A stretch of DNA of 64,000 bases, from sequence record OR498728.1. The stretch is one strand, 5' to 3'. The DNA comes from Escherichia phage ZX4221. Every line of letters starts with the position of its first letter. Positions within the stretch are counted from its first letter, which is position 1. The notes under the pieces are model-generated. The model was given only the letters and a program-made list of their open reading frames with translations, had not been told where the DNA came from and made no database searches. Both the position numbers and the translations under genes were made by a program. Positions 59,664-64,000 of the stretch are shown one piece after another.

Positions 59664-59909
59664 TTGAGAGAGAATAAAATGTTTAACAAAAGTAAAGCTG
59701 TGAGTCATGTAGCAAAGGTTGACAGCAAGATTGAAGAACTTGAGCGCATTCTTGCAAATGCCAGAGAGTCAATAATTAAAGAGGTTGAAGCTGTTGAATC
59801 TCAAATGCAGCACCTAATGCTTAAACGTCAAGAGTTACGTGAGCATCTGGAATATATTGAAACACGAGAGCTAAAAGTTAACAGATTTTTAAGGAGTCCG
59901 AATGTTTAA
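59664..59909 (+). CDS. hypothetical coiled-coil protein (81 aa)
   Basis: ORF-track ORF. Confidence 0.4.
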   Translation: MRENKMFNKSKAVSHVAKVDSKIEELERILANARESIIKEVEAVESQMQHLMLKRQELREHLEYIETRELKVNRFLRSPNV

Positions 59910-60657
59910 CTCAAGAGAATCAGTAAAAAACTGGAATCTTCGTTGCGGAAACACCCAAAAGCAACCTTACAGTGATGAGTATTGGGAATCTTTGAAATCC
60001 CAATCTCTGTGTATGCTTGAAGAAGCAAAAGAGCTTGTAAAAGCAATTGAAGAGAAAGACCCCATTGAGACACTGGATGCTCAGGCAGATTTGCAATACG
60101 TTCTTGACGGTCTGATTTATCTGTCACAACATGACCACAATGGCGCTATGGAAGCTGTTTGTCATAATAATGACCTGAAGTATACAGACAACTATGAAGA
60201 AGCTTTAAAGCGTCTTGCAGATGTTGAGAAGCGTACTGGTCAAGAGTGTATCATCAGAATGTCAGTGGTTGATGGTAAAGAATGGTATGCGATTGTCCGT
60301 GCAGCCGATGGGAAGATTATGAAGCAATCAAATCTCCCTAAAGTACAGCTTGGTGAATACATTGTAGAGCTTGAAAGCCAAGAACTTTTTGTGGTAGTAT
60401 CTGAGACATGCGTTATCTGCAAAGGTATTGTAGGTAGCTTAAAGGATTTGGGTGTAGATGGTTTTGTAGAAGTTAATCCAATTACCTCTAAAGCAGATAA
60501 AGATTTCTGTAAAGAGAATGGACTATGGATTGCAGATATTGTCTACTACGATGGTGAGCAGTTCCATGTAACCTCATACCCGAAACTGAATTATGATGCT
60601 AATAACCTGAAGTGCTGGTTAAAAGGGGTTGGTTATAATGGATTCACAGAACATTAA
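59902..60657 (+). CDS. hypothetical protein (251 aa)
   Basis: ORF-track ORF; acidic helical N-terminal region. Confidence 0.5.
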   Translation: MFNSRESVKNWNLRCGNTQKQPYSDEYWESLKSQSLCMLEEAKELVKAIEEKDPIETLDAQADLQYVLDGLIYLSQHDHNGAMEAVCHNNDLKYTDNYEEALKRLADVEKRTGQECIIRMSVVDGKEWYAIVRAADGKIMKQSNLPKVQLGEYIVELESQELFVVVSETCVICKGIVGSLKDLGVDGFVEVNPITSKADKDFCKENGLWIADIVYYDGEQFHVTSYPKLNYDANNLKCWLKGVGYNGFTEH

Positions 60658-60961
60658 TAAAGAAGGTGTGGCTCAGAAGAGCCACTTCTCAAACTACAAT
60701 ATTTCTATGACGGTGTTTATGAATGACCCGTTACTTGAGAAGTATGGTGAGACTCCAGATACACTTCTGGATAATGAACAAGTTTTAAAAGCAGTCCTGT
60801 ACAAATATGGGATTGATATTGAGAAAGAGTATTCCTTTGAAATCTGCCAACACAGAAATACTTTTGGTAAAGTTGTGATGGCTCCACTCTTCATGGGTGT
60901 AGAAAGAACTGACTATGGTTGGTTATATCTAAAAAGAAACTTGGAGAAATACCGTGTCTAA
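60629..60961 (+). CDS. hypothetical protein (110 aa)
   Basis: ORF-track ORF. Confidence 0.45.
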   Translation: MVIMDSQNINKEGVAQKSHFSNYNISMTVFMNDPLLEKYGETPDTLLDNEQVLKAVLYKYGIDIEKEYSFEICQHRNTFGKVVMAPLFMGVERTDYGWLYLKRNLEKYRV

Positions 60962-61295
60962 AGCAAAAAAGTTATCTTATGATGACATTATCTCAGGTGC
61001 TAAGTTAGGTGTTGACAGTATCGGACAAGACGTTAAGCACGGAGACACAGTTATGTACTGTGATGACCGAAGAGGGAGAAGTGCAATCTTGTTTGGAAGG
61101 ATTGTTTGCAAGATGCGAGGTAATTACGTTGTTGCAGACATGGATGTGAACGTTACACAAAAACTTGAAACACTTATGGATGATAATACATCATCATCAT
61201 GGTTCTTCCTGAATTGTATGCACACTTCTTCAGTCACAAAAGTAAGTGATAAGTTTTACGATATGTGGCAGAATGAGCAAATTTTCAAGATTTAA
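60954..61295 (+). CDS. hypothetical protein (113 aa)
   Basis: ORF-track ORF. Confidence 0.45.
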   Translation: MSKAKKLSYDDIISGAKLGVDSIGQDVKHGDTVMYCDDRRGRSAILFGRIVCKMRGNYVVADMDVNVTQKLETLMDDNTSSSWFFLNCMHTSSVTKVSDKFYDMWQNEQIFKI

Positions 61296-61301
61296 ACTAG
61301 G

Positions 61302-61324
61302 GAGCCTCTTTGGAGGCTCTTTTC
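61302..61324 (+). terminator. Rho-independent terminator
   Basis: GAGCCTC-TTTG-GAGGCTC hairpin followed by TTTTC. Confidence 0.65.
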
Positions 61325-61341
61325 ATCTGTAGGATTTAAAA

Positions 61342-63576
61342 ATGATTAAGACAATTAAAAAATCAAACGGTACAGTAGTAAACTTTGACCCAGAAAGACT
61401 GAATAAGTGGGCATCATGGGCAGATAAGCGTGGTATTATCTGGTCAGAAGTCACTATGGAAGCTATGAAACGTGTCTATGAAGGTTGCACTACAAAAGAG
61501 ATGCACCAAGCCATGATTGATGTTTGTGTTGATAAACAAACTCAAGAGTACTCAGATATGGCTGGACGGCTACTGCTGGGAATTATCTACAAAGAAGCCT
61601 TTGGAGGCTTTACTAAGGTTCCTACGTTGGTTACCTTCGTTAAAAATATGGAGAGAGCAGGACTTTGGGAGAAGATGGACTATTCTCAGGAAGAGCTTGA
61701 ATATCTGCAAGGGTACATTGTACACTCAAAAGATATCTCTTACGGTTATGCAGTCCTGAAACAGTTCAGAGACAAGTATGGTATCCGTGATATTAAAACG
61801 GGAAGACTTTTTGAGTCACCACAATTTATGTTTATGGGTATGGCTATGAAAGCCTTTGAGAAGCAACCAAAGCACCGTAGACTGCAAGATGTTATCAAGC
61901 TGTACACTTACCTATCTGACCTGAAGATTAACGCTCCTACGCCTTATCTGAATGGTTTAAGAGCTACTAAATCAGGTTATGCGTCATGCTGTTTGATTAA
62001 GGCGAATGATACCGCTGAATCACTTGGTATTGCTGCAAAGGTTGCTTATGATATGACTACAAAGCAAGCTGGTATTGGGATGCTGATGGAGACTCGTACT
62101 ATTGGTGATGGTATCCGTCAAAATACTATTGAGCACATGGGTAAACTACCTTATTACAAGCTTGTACGTTCATCTGTAGAGGCAAACAAACAAAAGAGCC
62201 GTGGTGGTTCAGCTAACAACTTCTACACCGCTCTAGACCCGCAGATTGAAGATTTACTGCGTTTGAAGCACCCTACAACGGTTCCTTCGAAACGTATTAA
62301 CGAGATGGACTACTCATTTGGTACAAATGATTATTTCTGGCAGTGTGTTCAATATGATACAGACTGGTTGCTATTCTCTTACAAGGATGCACCAAAGCTC
62401 TATGACATGTTCTACACAGCATCTGCTGATGAGTTTGCTATGGCAGTTGGTCACGCAGTACATTCAGGTGTTAAGCACAGACGGGTGAAGGCTCGTGAAA
62501 TTGCTAAACTGTTTATCCAGCAGCGTTATGCAACAGGCCGTGTGTACCCATTCTTCACGAATAATGCAAACACACATACACCATTTAAAGAGCCTTTGAA
62601 GATGTCAAACCTTTGTATGGAAATTGTGTTGCCAGTGTACGGCTTTGAGAAAGAGACAGACCTTTACAGAGATGATGCTGTGAAAGAGGATGGTGAGGTA
62701 GCTCTTTGCTTCCTAGCTAGTTTGGTTGCAGGGAGAATTTCAGAAGATGAATACGCTGACGTTGCTTATTATGCTCTTGCAATGGTTGACTCCGTTATTG
62801 ACCTTATGGATTATCCGTATCCGTCGATGCGTAACCATGTTCAGAAGCGTCGTTCTGTTGGTATTGGCCTTACAAATGTGGCTCATTACCTTGCAAAAAA
62901 CTACGTGAACTACTCTTCAAGAGCAGGTAAGACGAAGCTTCATGAGCTTGCTGAAATGCACTCTTACTACTTACACGAAGCTTCTTTAAGACTTGCTAAA
63001 GAACGTGGTGTACCTGAGTATATGCAGTTCACTAAGTATCCTGAAGGTTGGGTTCCTCCGAAGACAGCTAACAGGAAGATTGATGAGAAGCATGATGCAA
63101 AACTTCGTTATGATTGGGATGACTTAGCACAACGTATTAAAGAAAATGGTGGAATCCGTAACTCTGTATTAGAAGCTTACATGCCTAATGAGAGTTCTTC
63201 ACTGGCAACTAATACGACAAACGGCTTGTACCCAATTCGTGACTTTATTTTAACTAAAAAGTCTGCAACTGGTAACGTACTGTTTATTGTTCCAGATTAC
63301 GAAGAGTTGAAGTATGTCTATGAAATTGCTTGGGATATTGACACCTTTGACCTGATTGATTGTTATGCAATTGTTCAAAAGTTCACTGGTCAAGCTATCT
63401 CTTCAGATTTCTATGTTGACTACGCAAAAGCTAAGAAGGTATCATTGGCTCAAGCTTTGAAGTATATGATTTATGCCAACTCAGTAGGTATGAAAACCAT
63501 GTACTACCTTAACAGTCGCATTGGTGTAGGTAAATCTGCACTACAAGATGCTTATTGCGAGGGTTGTGGTGTTTAG
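61342..63576 (+). CDS. nrdA: ribonucleotide reductase large subunit (class I)
   Basis: 744 aa; active-site-like SNLCMEIVLP and C-terminal CEGCGV cysteine pair. Confidence 0.85.
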   Translation: MIKTIKKSNGTVVNFDPERLNKWASWADKRGIIWSEVTMEAMKRVYEGCTTKEMHQAMIDVCVDKQTQEYSDMAGRLLLGIIYKEAFGGFTKVPTLVTFVKNMERAGLWEKMDYSQEELEYLQGYIVHSKDISYGYAVLKQFRDKYGIRDIKTGRLFESPQFMFMGMAMKAFEKQPKHRRLQDVIKLYTYLSDLKINAPTPYLNGLRATKSGYASCCLIKANDTAESLGIAAKVAYDMTTKQAGIGMLMETRTIGDGIRQNTIEHMGKLPYYKLVRSSVEANKQKSRGGSANNFYTALDPQIEDLLRLKHPTTVPSKRINEMDYSFGTNDYFWQCVQYDTDWLLFSYKDAPKLYDMFYTASADEFAMAVGHAVHSGVKHRRVKAREIAKLFIQQRYATGRVYPFFTNNANTHTPFKEPLKMSNLCMEIVLPVYGFEKETDLYRDDAVKEDGEVALCFLASLVAGRISEDEYADVAYYALAMVDSVIDLMDYPYPSMRNHVQKRRSVGIGLTNVAHYLAKNYVNYSSRAGKTKLHELAEMHSYYLHEASLRLAKERGVPEYMQFTKYPEGWVPPKTANRKIDEKHDAKLRYDWDDLAQRIKENGGIRNSVLEAYMPNESSSLATNTTNGLYPIRDFILTKKSATGNVLFIVPDYEELKYVYEIAWDIDTFDLIDCYAIVQKFTGQAISSDFYVDYAKAKKVSLAQALKYMIYANSVGMKTMYYLNSRIGVGKSALQDAYCEGCGV

Positions 63577-63631
63577 TTTTAATAACTATGAGGGTCGTAA
63601 AAGACCCTCTAAAATTAACTTTGGAGAAACT

Positions 63632-63889
63632 ATGAAAGACCTAATAGAAAAACATGAGAGACCAATATACCTGTTCTACAAACCCCGCAAAACATTATAC
63701 TACGTGAGCAGCACAGGCATCATGATAAAGCAGAATGATGACTTATGGGTAACTGGAGCCTCTTACATCTCTACAGCAGATGGTAAAATCTACGCAAGAC
63801 CTTACGAGATGTTCAATGAAGAAAATTGGGAAGTTTTAGACAGAAAACAAGCCTTAGAGATGATAAAGAAAGGAGAAATCACACTATGA
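63632..63889 (+). CDS. hypothetical small protein between RNR subunit genes (85 aa)
   Basis: ORF-track ORF trimmed to ATG after GGAGAAA RBS. Confidence 0.4.
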   Translation: MKDLIEKHERPIYLFYKPRKTLYYVSSTGIMIKQNDDLWVTGASYISTADGKIYARPYEMFNEENWEVLDRKQALEMIKKGEITL

Positions 63890-64000
63890 TTAACCAACAC
63901 CCAATCTTTTTAGGTGGTGAAAGAAAAACATTTGACTCCCTTAATAAACACTACCCAAAAATCTTTGAGCTATACAAACAACAAAAAGCGCAAGACTGGT
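63886..64000 (+). CDS. ribonucleotide reductase small subunit (putative), 5' partial at window edge
   Basis: ATG after AAAGGAG RBS; N-terminus ...KHYPKIFELYKQQKAQDW resembles the NrdB N-terminal region; truncated by window. Confidence 0.45.
   Translation, partial: MINQHPIFLGGERKTFDSLNKHYPKIFELYKQQKAQDW

Overview
This 64 kb window looks like a contiguous piece of a large virulent tailed-phage genome with a contractile tail (sheath and tube genes present), about 40% GC by eye, and no integrase or rRNA. All calls are made by eye from the sequence and the supplied ORF track; no searches were run. Layout: (1) 1-1200, a non-coding array of short phased motifs plus a (TA)9 run; (2) 1203-9625, a leftward operon of small unknown genes ending with a T4-type lysozyme and an Ig-repeat protein; (3) 9854-11722, two rightward genes, the second a vWA (MIDAS) protein I infer to be Ro60/TROVE-like; (4) 11.88-17.15 kb, a dense rightward tRNA array of 27 hand-folded tRNAs covering all 20 amino-acid specificities, interspersed with structured non-tRNA elements; (5) 17.4-41.3 kb, the structural module from large terminase through portal, protease-scaffold, capsid, sheath, tube, tape measure and baseplate to two tail fibres; (6) 41.3-52.3 kb, a leftward module with thymidylate synthase, DHFR, DNA ligase and family-A DNA polymerase, interrupted by two blocks of composite repeats; (7) 52.5-64 kb, a rightward replication/nucleotide module with dNMP kinase, primase-helicase, 5'-3' exonuclease and class I RNR. 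The most interesting candidate is a Ro60/Y-RNA-like system: the vWA protein gene sits directly upstream of four paralogous stem-closed RNA elements inside the tRNA array, one of which encloses a circularly permuted tRNA-like module. Also notable are three Leu-anticodon tRNAs with short variable arms, the phased motif array at the left end, and the pentamer-periodic repeat cassettes flanking a two-gene island.
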